A stretch of 64,000 nt of DNA from an uncultured Acidobacteriota bacterium (GTDB lineage: Bacteria; Acidobacteriota; Thermoanaerobaculia; UBA5066): NCBI GenBank assembly GCA_963836285.1, contig CAWIIN010000001.1, forward strand, positions 353,967 to 417,966, written 5' to 3'. Below are positions 8,518 through 18,606 of this stretch, piece after piece; the first letter of the stretch is position 1, and every line of letters begins with the position of its first letter. A program made the translations under genes and the position numbers. Under the pieces are notes generated by a model. That model ran no database searches, had not been told where the DNA came from, and saw only the letters and a list, made by a program, of their open reading frames with translations.

Positions 8518-8942
8518 CGGATCGCGTCTCGGCGGCCGAGGCTCTCCCCCACGGGACCGGCATCGTCGGAATCGGTATCGACGTCTGCGAGATCGGCCGA
8601 GTCGCGGCCGCGATCGGACGCCACGGGGCCCGTTTCGCCGAGCGCCTCTTCCGGCCGGGCGAGGTCCGCCGGCCGGCCTCCTCCCCGGCCTACGCCGAGC
8701 ACGTTGCGGGCCTCTTCGCCGCCAAGGAAGCCGCGATGAAGGCCCTCGGAACCGGGATGCGCGGCGTCGCGTTCCGCGAGCTCGCGATCGTCCGGGCGCC
8801 CGGGGGGCCGCCCCGCCTCGCTCTGTTCGGGCGCGCGGCGGCGCACGGGACCCGGCTCGGCGTCACCGGCGCCCACGTCACGATCACGCACGGCCGGGAA
8901 ATCGCGGCGGCGGTCGTGCTCCTCACCGGCGTACCTCTTTAG
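8514..8942 (+). CDS. acpS: holo-[acyl-carrier-protein] synthase
   Basis: GIGIDVCEI...FAERLF...FAAKEAAMKALGTG motifs. The GTG start at 8514 is inferred from the GTGA overlap. Confidence 0.8.
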   Translation: MTDRVSAAEALPHGTGIVGIGIDVCEIGRVAAAIGRHGARFAERLFRPGEVRRPASSPAYAEHVAGLFAAKEAAMKALGTGMRGVAFRELAIVRAPGGPPRLALFGRAAAHGTRLGVTGAHVTITHGREIAAAVVLLTGVPL

Positions 8943-8954
8943 AATGGCGACGCG

Positions 8955-9347
8955 ATGACCGGAATTCCGAACACCATGGCGGGGCGGAAGGTCCTCGTCG
9001 TCGACGACGAGCCGTACATCCTGAAGATCCTCTCCTTCAAGCTGCGGCTCACGGGGCTGGATCCGATGGAGGCCTCGAGCGGCGAGGACGCGCTCCGGCT
9101 CGTTCGGGAAGCGGGGCCCGACCTCGTCCTTCTCGACGTCTCGCTCACCCCCGGCCTGACGGGATTCGACGTCTGCCGGATCCTCAAGGAGAACCCGGGC
9201 ACGACGCGGATCCCGGTCATCATGCTCACCGCGCGCACGCTGCCCGCCGAGCGCGACCTCGGCCTGCGCCTCGGCGCGACGAGCTACGTCACGAAGCCGT
9301 TCTCGACGAAGGTCCTCGTTCAGGAGATCGAGAAGGCGCTCAGTTAG
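8955..9347 (+). CDS. stand-alone receiver-domain response regulator (CheY-like)
   Basis: VLVVDDEPYI...DLVLLDV...TKPF. The start may be the ATG at 8976. Confidence 0.8.
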   Translation: MTGIPNTMAGRKVLVVDDEPYILKILSFKLRLTGLDPMEASSGEDALRLVREAGPDLVLLDVSLTPGLTGFDVCRILKENPGTTRIPVIMLTARTLPAERDLGLRLGATSYVTKPFSTKVLVQEIEKALS

Positions 9348-9370
9348 CGCCGCGCGAAGCGCGGCGCTGA
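9348..9370 (+). terminator. GC hairpin (AGCGCCGCG-cgaag-CGCGGCGCT) immediately after the receiver gene stop
   Basis: Perfect 9-bp stem read in the sequence. Confidence 0.5.
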
Positions 9371-9408
9371 GGGGAGAGAAGAGAAGTTTCTTAGAAGGTC
9401 ATAGGGCC
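9371..9408 (+). repeat. dispersed repeat, F-orientation copy (GGGGAGAGAAGAGAAGTTTCTTAGAAGGTCATAGGGCC)
   Basis: Polypurine arm plus TTTCTTAGAAGGT core. It is paired with an inverted copy at 9487–9534. Confidence 0.7.
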
Positions 9409-9455
9409 GGAGGCCAGGCCGCGACGACTGGCCGACGGCGCGCGCCCGCCTCGCC

Positions 9456-9495
9456 GCAAAAGGAAGAGGCCCCGGTCTCCCGGGGCCCCTCTTCA
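9456..9495 (-). terminator. intrinsic terminator of rplQ / alpha operon (stem GAAGAGGGGCCCCGG / CCGGGGCCTCTTC followed by CTTTTG on the minus strand)
   Basis: Hairpin plus T-tract 45 nt downstream of the rplQ stop. Confidence 0.65.
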
Positions 9496-9534
9496 CCTTC
9501 TAAGAAAATCCTCTTCTTCGTGCTCTTCGGACCC
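9487..9534 (-). repeat. dispersed repeat, inverted copy (CCCTCTTCACCTTCTAAGAAAATCCTCTTCTTCGTGCTCTTCGGACCC)
   Basis: It is the reverse complement of the F core. Its GTGCTCTTCGGAC tail recurs at 56641 and 63941. Confidence 0.7.
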
Positions 9535-9540
9535 TGCCGA

Positions 9541-10176
9541 CTAGCTCCCGACCTTCCGGTGGCCGCCGCCGTGGGTGCCGCCGCCCTTCGGGCCGCCGCC
9601 GCCCTTCGGGCCCTTGATCTTCGCGGGCTTCGGCTTCTCGACGGGCTTGGCCTTCTTCTCGGCTTCGCCCTCGCCGCCCTCGGCCTTCTTCTCGTCCTTC
9701 TCGCCCTTCTCCTCGCCGCCCTTGCCGCCGACGAGCTTCTTCGCCCTCTCGAGGAGAGAGGTCTTCTTCTCCTCGGCCGCCTTCGCGGCAACCTTCTTCT
9801 CGGCCTGGCGCTGCGCGAAATCGAAGTCGATGAACTCGAGGATCGCCATCTCGGCGCCGTCACCGGGACGGCGGCCGAGCTTGAGGATCCGGGTGTAGCC
9901 GCCGGCGCGCTCCTTGAAGCGCGGGGCGATGTCCTCGAAGAGCTTCTTGACCGTGACGGCCTCGGGGATCGTCTTCAGGGCGAGCCGGCGCGCGTGGAGG
10001 CCGCCCCGCTTCCCGAGCGTGACCATCTTCTCGATGAGCGGCCGGAGGTCCTTCGCCTTCGGGAGCGTGGTCTGGATCCGTTCGTGCGTGATGAGGGACG
10101 AAAGCTGGTTCCGGAACAGCGACTTGCGGTGCGCCGTCGTCCGGCCGAGCTTGCGGCCCGCGCGGTTGTGCTGCAT
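9541..10176 (-). CDS. rplQ: 50S ribosomal protein L17 with a roughly 85-aa Lys/Glu/Gly-rich C-terminal extension
   Basis: N-terminus [24 protein letters not shown]. The tail is ...[38 protein letters not shown]. Confidence 0.9.
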   Translation of the reverse strand: MQHNRAGRKLGRTTAHRKSLFRNQLSSLITHERIQTTLPKAKDLRPLIEKMVTLGKRGGLHARRLALKTIPEAVTVKKLFEDIAPRFKERAGGYTRILKLGRRPGDGAEMAILEFIDFDFAQRQAEKKVAAKAAEEKKTSLLERAKKLVGGKGGEEKGEKDEKKAEGGEGEAEKKAKPVEKPKPAKIKGPKGGGGPKGGGTHGGGHRKVGS

Positions 10177-10183
10177 CGAATCC

Positions 10184-11155
10184 TCAGCGTCCCGCGCCCG
10201 TCGGGGCCTCGAGCTTCATGCCGAAGGCGAGGCCCTTCTCGCGCAGGATGTCCTTGATCTCGTTCAGGCTCTTGCGCCCGAAGTTCTTCGTCTCGAGCAT
10301 GTCCTTCTCGGTCTTCTGGACGAGCTCGCGGAGGGTCCGGATGCCGGCGTTCTTGAGGCAGTTCGCGCTCCGGACGGAGAGCTCGAGCTCCTCGACGTTC
10401 GTGTCGAGCAGCGCGTCGAGCTCGCTCTGCGGCATCTCGGCGCCGGCGGCCTGGCTCGCGTCGTCGGTCTCGACGTTCACGAAGATCGCGAGGTGGTCGC
10501 GCAGGAGGACGGCGGCCACGCCGACCGCGTCGCGCGGCGTGATCGTGCCGTTCGTCCACACCTCGAGGACGAGCTTGTCGTAGTCTGTCGCCTGGCCGAC
10601 GCGGGCCGCCTCGACGTGGTAGTTCACGCGCCGGACGGGAGAGTGCGCCGAGTCGAGCGGGATCGTCCCGATGGGCGCCTCCGGGTCGAAGTTGCGGTCG
10701 GCCGGGACGTAGCCGCGCCCCTTCGTGACCGTCGCCTCGAAGCGCAGGCGGCCGCCGTCGGCCAGCGTCGCGATCGGAGCCTCCGCGTTCAGGATCTCGA
10801 GCTGTGCGTCGTCCTCGAAGGCGTCGGCGGTGACGAGGCCCTTCGTCTTGATGTCGAGGTTGAGCGTGCGCGGGCCCTCGTCGTGGAGCCGGATCGCGAG
10901 GCTCTTCAGGTTCAGGATGATGTCCGTGACGTCCTCGACGACGCCCGGCACCGCCGTGAACTCGTGCTCGACGCCTTCGATCTTGACCGCGGTGATCGCG
11001 GCGCCCTCGATCGACGAGAGGAGGACGCGCCTCAGAGCGTTGCCCACCGTCGTTCCCCACCCGCGCTCGAGCGGCTGGGCCGTGAACCGGCCGTAGTTGC
11101 CCTTCTCTTCCTCGACCTCGAGACGGTTCGGACGCTGAAAGCCTTTCCAAAGCAT
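10184..11155 (-). CDS. rpoA: DNA-directed RNA polymerase subunit alpha
   Basis: Full-length similarity to the RpoA NTD and CTD. Confidence 0.95.
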   Translation of the reverse strand: MLWKGFQRPNRLEVEEEKGNYGRFTAQPLERGWGTTVGNALRRVLLSSIEGAAITAVKIEGVEHEFTAVPGVVEDVTDIILNLKSLAIRLHDEGPRTLNLDIKTKGLVTADAFEDDAQLEILNAEAPIATLADGGRLRFEATVTKGRGYVPADRNFDPEAPIGTIPLDSAHSPVRRVNYHVEAARVGQATDYDKLVLEVWTNGTITPRDAVGVAAVLLRDHLAIFVNVETDDASQAAGAEMPQSELDALLDTNVEELELSVRSANCLKNAGIRTLRELVQKTEKDMLETKNFGRKSLNEIKDILREKGLAFGMKLEAPTGAGR

Positions 11156-11219
11156 GGTGTCTTCTCCTGGTCCTGCGACTTATCCGCTGAGCGGCGCGCG
11201 AGGGCCCCTGTCTACGCTG

Positions 11220-11846
11220 TTACTTCGAGTAGAGTTCGACGATCAGCTTCTCGCTGATGGGGATCGAGACGTCCTCGCGCTTCGGCAGCGCGACGACCTT
11301 GCCTTGGAACTGGGCGGCGTCGAGCTCGAGCCACGCGGGGATCCCGCGCCCCTTCGCGGTCTCGACCGCGGAGGCGATGAGCGGGTTCGTCCGGCTCTTG
11401 TCCTTGATGGAGACGACCGCGCCCTGGGGCACGATCATGCTCGGGACGTTCACCTTGCGGCCGTTCACGCGCACGTGGCCGTGGCGGACGAGCTGGCGCG
11501 CCTGGGGCCGCGAGCCCGTGAAGCCGAGCCGGTGGACGACGTTGTCGAGACGGCGCTCGAGGAGGGAGAGCAGGTTCTCGCCCGTGACGCCCCGCATGCG
11601 CTCGGCCTTCTCGAACGTGAGGCGGAACTGGCCCTCGAGGACGCCGTAGAAGCGCTTGACCTTCTGCTTTTCGCGGAGCTGGATGCCGTACCCGAGGATC
11701 TTGGAACGGCGCTTGCCGTGCTGACCCGGCGGGAAGTTCCGCCGCTCGACGGCGCACTTGTTGGTAAAGCAGCGGTCCCCCTTGAGGAACAGCTTCATTC
11801 CTTCGCGCCGGCACAGCCGGCAGACCGATTCGCGATAACGAGCCAC
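11220..11846 (-). CDS. rpsD: 30S ribosomal protein S4
   Basis: [16 protein letters not shown]... Confidence 0.95.
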   Translation of the reverse strand: MARYRESVCRLCRREGMKLFLKGDRCFTNKCAVERRNFPPGQHGKRRSKILGYGIQLREKQKVKRFYGVLEGQFRLTFEKAERMRGVTGENLLSLLERRLDNVVHRLGFTGSRPQARQLVRHGHVRVNGRKVNVPSMIVPQGAVVSIKDKSRTNPLIASAVETAKGRGIPAWLELDAAQFQGKVVALPKREDVSIPISEKLIVELYSK

Positions 11847-11932
11847 GGGAAGTGAGGCCTCCGTCCGTCTCCGTCGTTTCGTCTGCGTCCTTCGTCCCGG
11901 CCCGGAGTCGGAGAGCTCGGTTTACGGACGAG

Positions 11933-11979
11933 AAATCCCGGGTGGAAAAGACCGGGGATTTCCTAGAAGGTAAGAGGGG
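11933..11979 (+). repeat. hairpin (AAATCCCGG...CCGGGGATTT) fused to an F-type repeat copy (GGGGATTTCCTAGAAGGTAAGAGGGG) in the rpsK–rpsD spacer
   Basis: Read in the sequence. It is paired with an inverted copy at 12033–12059. Confidence 0.6.
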
Positions 11980-12032
11980 CAACGCCCCCCACGATGCGCG
12001 GCCGGAGCCGGGTGGCGCCGGCGCTGCGGCCG

Positions 12033-12059
12033 CATTCTTCACACTCGAAGAAAGAACGG
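12033..12059 (-). repeat. dispersed repeat, inverted variant (CATTCTTCACACTCGAAGAAAGAACGG)
   Basis: CTCGAAGAAA variant of the core. The same variant is seen at 16968, 36148 and 3601. Confidence 0.55.
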
Positions 12060-12109
12060 CCGTGCGCGAACCGGATCATAACCCGAATAAGCCTCTTACT
12101 CCCAGCGTC

Positions 12110-12541
12110 TTACACCCGCCGCCGCTTCCGCGGCCGGCAGCCGTTGTGGGGGATGGGCGTCGTGTCCTTGATGGACCGGATGTCGATGCCCGCTGCGGCG
12201 AGGGCGCGGATCGCGCTCTCGCGGCCGGCGCCGGGTCCCGTCACCTTGACGTCCAGCGAACGCACGCCGTTCTCCTGGGCGATCTGGGCGGCGTTGCCCG
12301 CGGCGAGCTGCGCCGCGAACGGGGTGCCCTTGCGCGAGCCCTTGAAGCCGATACGGCCCGCCGACGACCAGGCGAGGACGTTGCCCTGCTGGTCCGTGAT
12401 CGAGACGATCGTGTTGTTGAAGGACGCCTGCACGGTCGCGAGAGCGTGCGGGATGTTCTTCTTTTCCTTCTTCGGGCCTTTTTTCTTGCCCTTGGCGGCG
12501 GAGGCCTTGGCGGCGGCGGTCGATTCAGTGGGTGTTGCCAT
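12110..12541 (-). CDS. rpsK: 30S ribosomal protein S11
   Basis: ...[12 protein letters not shown]... Confidence 0.95.
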   Translation of the reverse strand: MATPTESTAAAKASAAKGKKKGPKKEKKNIPHALATVQASFNNTIVSITDQQGNVLAWSSAGRIGFKGSRKGTPFAAQLAAGNAAQIAQENGVRSLDVKVTGPGAGRESAIRALAAAGIDIRSIKDTTPIPHNGCRPRKRRRV

Positions 12542-12549
12542 TCATCTAC

Positions 12550-12933
12550 CTACTTCTTAGTCGCCTTCTTCTTCCCGGCCACGGCGCCCTTGCGGGGGCC
12601 CTTCCGCGTGCGGGCGTTCGTGTGGGTGCGCTGGCCGCGGACCGGGAGGTTGCGGCGGTGCCTGAGGCCGCGATAGCAGCCGATCTCCATGAGGCGCTTG
12701 ATGTTCTGCGCCGTGTCCTTGCGGAGGTCGCCCTCCACCGTGACGGAGTCCTGGATCGTCTTGCGGATCCGGGACACCTCGTCCTCGGAGAGATCCTTGA
12801 CCCGGGTGTTGCGGTCCACCTTGGCGGTCTCGAGGATCTTATTCGAGCCCGGGCGACCGATCCCGAAGATGTAGGTCAGGCCGATCTCGACGCGCTTGTT
12901 CGGGGGAAGGTCGACGCCTGCGATGCGTGCCAT
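12550..12933 (-). CDS. rpsM: 30S ribosomal protein S13
   Basis: [10 protein letters not shown]... Confidence 0.95.
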   Translation of the reverse strand: MARIAGVDLPPNKRVEIGLTYIFGIGRPGSNKILETAKVDRNTRVKDLSEDEVSRIRKTIQDSVTVEGDLRKDTAQNIKRLMEIGCYRGLRHRRNLPVRGQRTHTNARTRKGPRKGAVAGKKKATKK

Positions 12934-12946
12934 TCGTGGTTCCTCT

Positions 12947-13060
12947 TCAGCCCTGACGCTGCTTGTGCTTGACGTTCTCGCAGATGACCCTCACGACGCC
13001 GGCGCGGCGGATCACCTTGCACTTGCTGCAGATCTTCTTGACGGACGTGCGGACTTTCAT
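12947..13060 (-). CDS. rpmJ: 50S ribosomal protein L36 (37 aa; not in the ORF table because it is under 60 aa)
   Basis: Manual translation gives [37 protein letters not shown]. Confidence 0.9.
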   Translation of the reverse strand: MKVRTSVKKICSKCKVIRRAGVVRVICENVKHKQRQG

Positions 13061-13073
13061 GGTTTCCCTCGAC

Positions 13074-13292
13074 TCACTTGTACCGGTAGATGATGCGCCC
13101 GCGCGTCAGGTCGTACGGCGAAAGCTCGACGAGGACCTTGTCCCCCGGCAGGATGCGGATGAAGTGTTTCCGCATCTTCCCGGAGATGTGCGCGAGCACC
13201 TGATGCTTGTTCTCCAACTCGACCTTGAACATCGCGTTCGGCAACGGCTCGATCACCGTCGCGGTCACCTCGATGGCGTCTTCCTTCGACAT
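13074..13292 (-). CDS. infA: translation initiation factor IF-1
   Basis: S1-like fold; [41 protein letters not shown]. Confidence 0.95.
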   Translation of the reverse strand: MSKEDAIEVTATVIEPLPNAMFKVELENKHQVLAHISGKMRKHFIRILPGDKVLVELSPYDLTRGRIIYRYK

Positions 13293-13301
13293 GTTCCTCC
13301 G

Positions 13302-14126
13302 TTACGCCTGGACCGCCACGGGCAGCGGGTACTCGTGGGCGCCGGGGGCTCCGGCGAGGATGGCGTCGGACGAGTAGCGCCCGAAGCCGAGGACGACGGG
13401 GCCCCGGGCCGTCGCGACGATCGTGTGCTCGAAGTGGGCCGACACCAGCCGGTCCTTCGTGCGCACGGTCCACCCGTCCGGGTCCGTCGTGACGGCCGCG
13501 CCGCCGAGGTTGAACATGGGCTCGATCGCGAGCGTCATCCCCTCGCGGATGACCTCGCGCTTGCCGCCGGGTCCGTAGTTCGGGACCTGGGGTTCCTCGT
13601 GAAGAGCCGTCCCGATGCCGTGCCCGACGAACTCGCGCACGACGCCGTACTTCTTCTGCCTCGCCACGGCCTCGACGGCGGCGCCGATGTCGCCGATGCG
13701 CCCGCCGACACGGACCGCGTCGATCCCCGCGAGAAGCGCCGTATGGGTCGTCTCGACGAGAGCCCTGACCTCGTCCGGCACCGGGTCGACCGGAATCGTG
13801 CGAGCGGCGTCGGCGTAGTAGCCCTCGACGATGGCCCCGAGGTCGAGCCCGACGACGTCGCCCGCCTTTACGACCCGATTCGGCGACGGGATGCCGTGCA
13901 CGACCTCGTCGTTGATCGAGATGCAGATCGTCTTCGGGTAGCCGCGGTAGCCGGGGAAGGCGGCCTTGCCGCCGCGCGCGGCAATGCCCTGCGCGGCCAC
14001 GCGGTCGATCTCCTCGGTCGTGACCCCGGCGCGGCACGCGGCCGCACACTCGGCGAGCGCCTCGTGGACGATGCGCGCCGCGCGCTCCATCTTGAGGAGC
14101 TCCGACTTTCCCTTGCAGGTGATCAC
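13302..14126 (-). CDS. map: type I methionine aminopeptidase
   Basis: Metal-ligand motifs (D..D..H..E..E) in a full-length match. Confidence 0.92.
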   Translation of the reverse strand: MITCKGKSELLKMERAARIVHEALAECAAACRAGVTTEEIDRVAAQGIAARGGKAAFPGYRGYPKTICISINDEVVHGIPSPNRVVKAGDVVGLDLGAIVEGYYADAARTIPVDPVPDEVRALVETTHTALLAGIDAVRVGGRIGDIGAAVEAVARQKKYGVVREFVGHGIGTALHEEPQVPNYGPGGKREVIREGMTLAIEPMFNLGGAAVTTDPDGWTVRTKDRLVSAHFEHTIVATARGPVVLGFGRYSSDAILAGAPGAHEYPLPVAVQA

Positions 14127-14710
14127 ACGCCCCCCTGCCGGGCCCGGCCGACGGAGTCCTGGACGTCCGCGGCGACCGCTTCGACCGCGCGGTTGCCGTC
14201 GATCGTCACGAGGAGACCCGCCCTGCGGTAGAGGTCGGCGAGCGGCGCCGTCTTCTCGCGATAGACGCGCAGGCGCTCCGCGATCGTCTCTTTCGTGTCG
14301 TCGGACCGGCCCTCGAGCACGGCCCGCTTCAGCAGGCGATCCACGAGCGCCGCGTCCGGCACGTCGATGAAGAGGACGATGTCGACCCTCCCGCCGGCGG
14401 CCCTCAGGAGCGCATCCAGCGACTGCGCCTGGGCGACCGTGCGCGGGTATCCGTCGAAGATCGCGCCGTCTTTCGCGTCGGCCTGCCCAAGCCGCTCGGC
14501 GAGCATCTTCGTGACGAGATCGTCGGGAACGAGCGCGCCGGACTCCATGATCGGCTTCGCGGTCGCGCCGAGCGCCGTTCCCTTCGCCACGTGGCTTCTC
14601 AGGAGGTCCCCGGTCGAGACCTGCGGCATACCCAGGGACGACGCGAGACGCGACGCCTGAGTCCCCTTACCCGACCCCGGAGGCCCGAAAAACACGATGG
14701 CGGACGGCAT
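14123..14710 (-). CDS. adk: adenylate kinase
   Basis: GPPGSGKGTQ P-loop. It overlaps the map start by 4 nt. Confidence 0.93.
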   Translation of the reverse strand: MPSAIVFFGPPGSGKGTQASRLASSLGMPQVSTGDLLRSHVAKGTALGATAKPIMESGALVPDDLVTKMLAERLGQADAKDGAIFDGYPRTVAQAQSLDALLRAAGGRVDIVLFIDVPDAALVDRLLKRAVLEGRSDDTKETIAERLRVYREKTAPLADLYRRAGLLVTIDGNRAVEAVAADVQDSVGRARQGGV

Positions 14711-14716
14711 GGCGGG

Positions 14717-16153
14717 CTAGTTCCTCCGGCCCCTCACGCGGCCCTTCTTCAGGAAGCCGTCGTAGTTGCGCATGACGAGCTGCGACTCGATCTGCTGGAC
14801 CGTGTCCATGGCGACGCCGACGACGATGAGAAGCGACGTGCCGCCGAAGAAGAACGAGATCCCGAGACCCTGCGTCACGAAGTTCGGCAGGTGCGCGTCG
14901 AGCCAGGGCCCGATGGCCGGGATGCTCTGGACGCGCAAGCCCATCGTGAGGAACTCGGGGAGGAGCGCGATGACCGCGAGATAGATCGCGCCGATGAGCG
15001 TGATGCGCGTCAGGACGGTGTCGATGTAGTCCGACGTGGCCTTGCCCGGGCGGATGCCCGGAATGAAGCCGCCGTACTTGCGCATGTTCTCGGCGGTGTC
15101 GTTCGGGTTGAAGATGATCGAGATGTAGAAGTAGCAGAAGAAGATGATCGAGACCGCGTAGAAGATGTTGTAGAGCGGCTGGCCAACGGCGAGCTGCTCG
15201 GCGATCTTCTTCATGAAGTCGCTCTTGAACGCGGACGCGATGTACTGCGGGAACTGGAGGATCGAGACGGCGAAGATGATCGGGATGACGCCGCCCGTGT
15301 TCACGCGCAGCGGAAGATACGTGTTCTGGCCGCCGAAGACCTTGCGGCCGACGACGCGCTTGGCGTACTGGACCGGGATGCGCCGCTGTGCGCGTTCCAC
15401 GAAGACGATCGCCGCGACGACGGCGGCCATGAAGATCAGGAGGAAGAGGGCCGTGAAGAGCGTCATCGAGCCGCGGCGGATCTGGTCGACCGTGTTGATC
15501 ACGGCGCTCGGAAGGTTCGCGACGATGCCCGCGTAGATGATGAGCGATATGCCGTTACCGACGCCGCGCTCCGTCATCTGCTCACCGAGCCACATGACGA
15601 ACGCCGTCCCCGTCGTGAGCGTCAGGACCGCCATGAGGATGAAAGCGAGCTTTCCCGAGTTCGAGGCGGGATCGCGTACGGCGAGGTAGCGGCCGCTCGG
15701 CGTCGTCTGGCTCCAGAGCCAGAGCGAGATTCCCGCGCCCTGGACGATCGAGAGCACGACCGTGCCGTACCGGGTGTACTGCGTGATCTTTCGACGGCCC
15801 ATCTCCCCTTCCTTCGAGAGCTTCTCGAGGTAGGGCCAGACGACCGTGAGGAGCTGCAGGATGATCGACGCCGTGATGTAAGGCGCGATGCCCATCGCGA
15901 ACACGGAGAGGCGCCGTAGCGCACCGCCGGAGAAGACGTCGAGGAAACCGAGGATGCCTCCCGAGCTCGCCTTGAAGAACTCGTCGAGCGCCGACGGGTC
16001 GAGTCCCGGCGTCGGGATGTGCGATCCGATCCGGTAGATCGCGAGCAGACCGAACGTGAAGAGGACGCGCTTCCTCAGGTCCGGAATCGCGAAGATGTTT
16101 CGGAACGACTCGAAGAACTTCATCGACGGCCTCGCTCGGCTCGGCCGCCGCAT
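14717..16153 (-). CDS. secY: preprotein translocase subunit SecY
   Basis: 10-TM SecY signature. Confidence 0.95.
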   Translation of the reverse strand: MRRPSRARPSMKFFESFRNIFAIPDLRKRVLFTFGLLAIYRIGSHIPTPGLDPSALDEFFKASSGGILGFLDVFSGGALRRLSVFAMGIAPYITASIILQLLTVVWPYLEKLSKEGEMGRRKITQYTRYGTVVLSIVQGAGISLWLWSQTTPSGRYLAVRDPASNSGKLAFILMAVLTLTTGTAFVMWLGEQMTERGVGNGISLIIYAGIVANLPSAVINTVDQIRRGSMTLFTALFLLIFMAAVVAAIVFVERAQRRIPVQYAKRVVGRKVFGGQNTYLPLRVNTGGVIPIIFAVSILQFPQYIASAFKSDFMKKIAEQLAVGQPLYNIFYAVSIIFFCYFYISIIFNPNDTAENMRKYGGFIPGIRPGKATSDYIDTVLTRITLIGAIYLAVIALLPEFLTMGLRVQSIPAIGPWLDAHLPNFVTQGLGISFFFGGTSLLIVVGVAMDTVQQIESQLVMRNYDGFLKKGRVRGRRN

Positions 16154-16190
16154 GCACGTTCGAAGCTCCAGGACACGTCGCTTCTCACGT

Positions 16191-16652
16191 TCACGGCGTC
16201 AGGACCTCGCAGCGCCCGCCGGCGGCTTCGATCTTCTTCTTCGCGCCCTCGGTGAACTTGTGTGCCGAAACGACAAGGCTCTTCTTGATCTCGCCGGTCC
16301 CGAGGACCTTCACGCCGGCCGCCTTCTTGCCGACCTTCACCGCTCCGGACGTCCGGAGGAGCTCGAGGGTGACAGCCTCACCCGGCTTGAACAGACGCTC
16401 GAGCGCCTCGACGCTGATGGTCGCCCATTCCTTGCGAAAGATGTTCGTGAAGCCGCGCTTCGGCATCCGGCGATGGAGCGGCATCTGCCCGCCCTCGTGG
16501 CCCCGGAGGTGCGAGTAGCCCGATCGGGAGTTCTGGCCCTTGTGGCCCTTACCCGACGTCTTCCCGAGGCCGGAGCCGGGGCCGCGCCCGATCCGCTTGC
16601 GCGTGGAGGTCGCTCCCTTGCGGGGGCCGAGGTTGTGCAGTCCGTGCGACAT
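16191..16652 (-). CDS. rplO: 50S ribosomal protein L15
   Basis: Gly/Lys-rich N-terminus ([15 protein letters not shown]). Confidence 0.93.
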   Translation of the reverse strand: MSHGLHNLGPRKGATSTRKRIGRGPGSGLGKTSGKGHKGQNSRSGYSHLRGHEGGQMPLHRRMPKRGFTNIFRKEWATISVEALERLFKPGEAVTLELLRTSGAVKVGKKAAGVKVLGTGEIKKSLVVSAHKFTEGAKKKIEAAGGRCEVLTP

Positions 16653-16661
16653 GGCGTTCCT

Positions 16662-17012
16662 TTACGCCCCCTCGACGATTTCGACGAGGTGGCGGACCTT
16701 GTGGATCTGGCCGCGGAGGGCCGGGGTGTCCGGGCGGACGACCTCCTGCCGGATGCGGCGGAGGCCGAGGCCGAACAGCGTCTGCTTCTGGTCGACGGGC
16801 GCGCAGATGCCCGACTTCACCTGGCGAATGCGGACAGTTCCGGATGATTTCTGCTTCGGAGCGGCCGCCTTCGCGGCCGCCGGGGGCTGCTTAGAAGGCG
16901 CGTGAGAGGCGCTCGCGGCCGCTTCGCCACCGCCGCGAGGCTTCGCACCTGCAGCCTGCTCGGGACCACTCGAAGAAATCTTCTCTTTCTCTTTCTTCTT
17001 CTCTTCAGTCAT
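16662..17012 (-). CDS. rpmD: 50S ribosomal protein L30 with a roughly 55-aa low-complexity N-terminal extension
   Basis: L30 core TVRIRQVKSGIC...LGLRRI. The ATG overlaps the rpsE stop (TGATG). The first 15 codons ([16 protein letters not shown]) are encoded by a repeat copy. Confidence 0.8.
   Translation of the reverse strand: MTEEKKKEKEKISSSGPEQAAGAKPRGGGEAAASASHAPSKQPPAAAKAAAPKQKSSGTVRIRQVKSGICAPVDQKQTLFGLGLRRIRQEVVRPDTPALRGQIHKVRHLVEIVEGA
16964..17012 (-). repeat. dispersed repeat copy supplying the 5' end and start codon of rpmD (ATGACTGAAGAGAAGAAGAAAGAGAAAGAGAAGATTTCTTCGAGTGGTCCC on the minus strand). A partial copy lies at 16886–16900.
   Basis: Polypurine arm plus GATTTCTTCGAGTGG core. 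It is a low-GC island. Confidence 0.6.
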
Positions 17013-17665
17013 CAGACCTTCTCCGTGGCGGCCTCGGCTGGCGGGGCCGCGGGAGTCGCCGTCGCGGGCTCGGCCACCTTCGCCTCGCCGTTGCCGACAC
17101 CGCGGGCCTTCGCGATCGTCTCCTCGAGCTGGAGGTGCAGGAGCGCGTCGAACGTGGCCTTCACGACGTTGTGCGGATTCGTCGTGCCGAGCGACTTCGT
17201 GAGGATGTTCTGGACGCCCGCCGATTCGAGGACGGCTCGAACCGCGCCACCGGCGATGACGCCCGTGCCCTCGGAGGCCGGCTTCAGCATGACGCGCCCG
17301 GCGCCGTAGTGCCCGACGATCGGGTGCGGGATCGTCTTGCCCTTGAGCGGGACCTTGATCATCTTCTTCTTGGCCATCTCGATTCCCTTCTTGATGGCCA
17401 TGGGGACTTCCTTCGCCTTGCCCGCGCCGTAGCCGACGCGGCCGTGGCCGTCGCCGACGACGACGAGCGCCGAGAAGGAGAAGTTCTTGCCGCCCTTGAC
17501 GACCTTCGTCACGCGGTTGATGTGCACGACGTGGTCGATGAGGTCGGCGCCCGCGCGGCCCTCACCGAGGGCGCCGGCGGGACGGGGCGGAGGCCCGCCG
17601 GGGCCGGAGCGGCCGCCGGGGCGGTTTCCACGCGGGGGACGGTTGATCGGCGCGTTGCTGCTCAA
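17012..17665 (-). CDS. rpsE: 30S ribosomal protein S5 (extended N- and C-termini)
   Basis: S5 dsRBD and C-terminal domain with Gly/Pro/Arg-rich N-terminal and Ala/Pro-rich C-terminal extensions. Confidence 0.93.
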   Translation of the reverse strand: MSSNAPINRPPRGNRPGGRSGPGGPPPRPAGALGEGRAGADLIDHVVHINRVTKVVKGGKNFSFSALVVVGDGHGRVGYGAGKAKEVPMAIKKGIEMAKKKMIKVPLKGKTIPHPIVGHYGAGRVMLKPASEGTGVIAGGAVRAVLESAGVQNILTKSLGTTNPHNVVKATFDALLHLQLEETIAKARGVGNGEAKVAEPATATPAAPPAEAATEKV

Positions 17666-18030
17666 AACTTCAACCCCTTCTCGCGTGCGGCTTCCGCGAG
17701 CGCTTTCACGTTGCCGTGGTAGAGATGCCCGCCCCGGTCGAAGACGACCGCGGAGATGCCTTTCGCCTGGGCGCGCTCGGCAATGAGCACGCCCACCTTG
17801 ACGGCGGCGTTCTTGTTCGCGGCGCTCTTGGCCTTGCCCCGCACGCCCTCCTCGCGCGACGTCGCGTGCGCGAGGGTCGTGCCGGTTCCGTCGTCGATGA
17901 TCTGGACGGAGATCCAGCGGAGCGTCCTGCTGACGGCGAGGCGAGGCCTTTCGGCCGTCCCCTTCACCTTCGTGCGGATCCGCGCGTGGATCCGCGTCCG
18001 TGCCTCGACGCGGGCCTGTGCCTTCTGCAT
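17662..18030 (-). CDS. rplR: 50S ribosomal protein L18
   Basis: Full-length match. Confidence 0.93.
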   Translation of the reverse strand: MQKAQARVEARTRIHARIRTKVKGTAERPRLAVSRTLRWISVQIIDDGTGTTLAHATSREEGVRGKAKSAANKNAAVKVGVLIAERAQAKGISAVVFDRGGHLYHGNVKALAEAAREKGLKF

Positions 18031-18040
18031 GGTCAGTTCC

Positions 18041-18598
18041 TCACTTGCCCGTGGCCTTGCCGGCCTTCTTCTTGAGGACCTCGCCCACGAAGCGGAAGCC
18101 CTTGAGCTTGTACGGGTCCGGCGGACGGATCCCCCGGATCTCGGTCGCCGTCTGGCCGACCTTCTGCTTGTCGACGCCGGTCACGATGATGTGGGTGACG
18201 TCCTTGGCCTTCGCGTCCGGCGCGACGTTCACCGCGACGCCTTCGGGCATCGGAAACGTGACCTGATGCGAGAAGCCGACGCTGAAGACGATGTTCTTGC
18301 CCTTGACCTCGGCCTTGAAGCCGATCCCGACGAGGTCGATCTCGCGCTTGAAGCCCTCGGTCACGCCGAGGACGGCGTTCTGGACGAGCGCGCGGTTGAG
18401 TCCGTGGAGGGCCTTGTCCCTCTTCTCCTCGCCGCTGCGGACGAGGACGAGCGTCCCGTCCTTCTTCTCGATCGCGATCCCCGCGAGGATCGGCGCCGTC
18501 ACGGAGCCCTTCGGGCCCTTGACGGTCACGGCCCCCTGGCCGAGCTGGACGTCGACGCCCTTGGGCACGGCGACGGGCTTCTTTCCGACTCGAGACAT
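18041..18598 (-). CDS. rplF: 50S ribosomal protein L6
   Basis: [15 protein letters not shown]... The start was trimmed from the over-extended ORF. Confidence 0.93.
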   Translation of the reverse strand: MSRVGKKPVAVPKGVDVQLGQGAVTVKGPKGSVTAPILAGIAIEKKDGTLVLVRSGEEKRDKALHGLNRALVQNAVLGVTEGFKREIDLVGIGFKAEVKGKNIVFSVGFSHQVTFPMPEGVAVNVAPDAKAKDVTHIIVTGVDKQKVGQTATEIRGIRPPDPYKLKGFRFVGEVLKKKAGKATGK

Positions 18599-18606
18599 GA
18601 TTTCCC

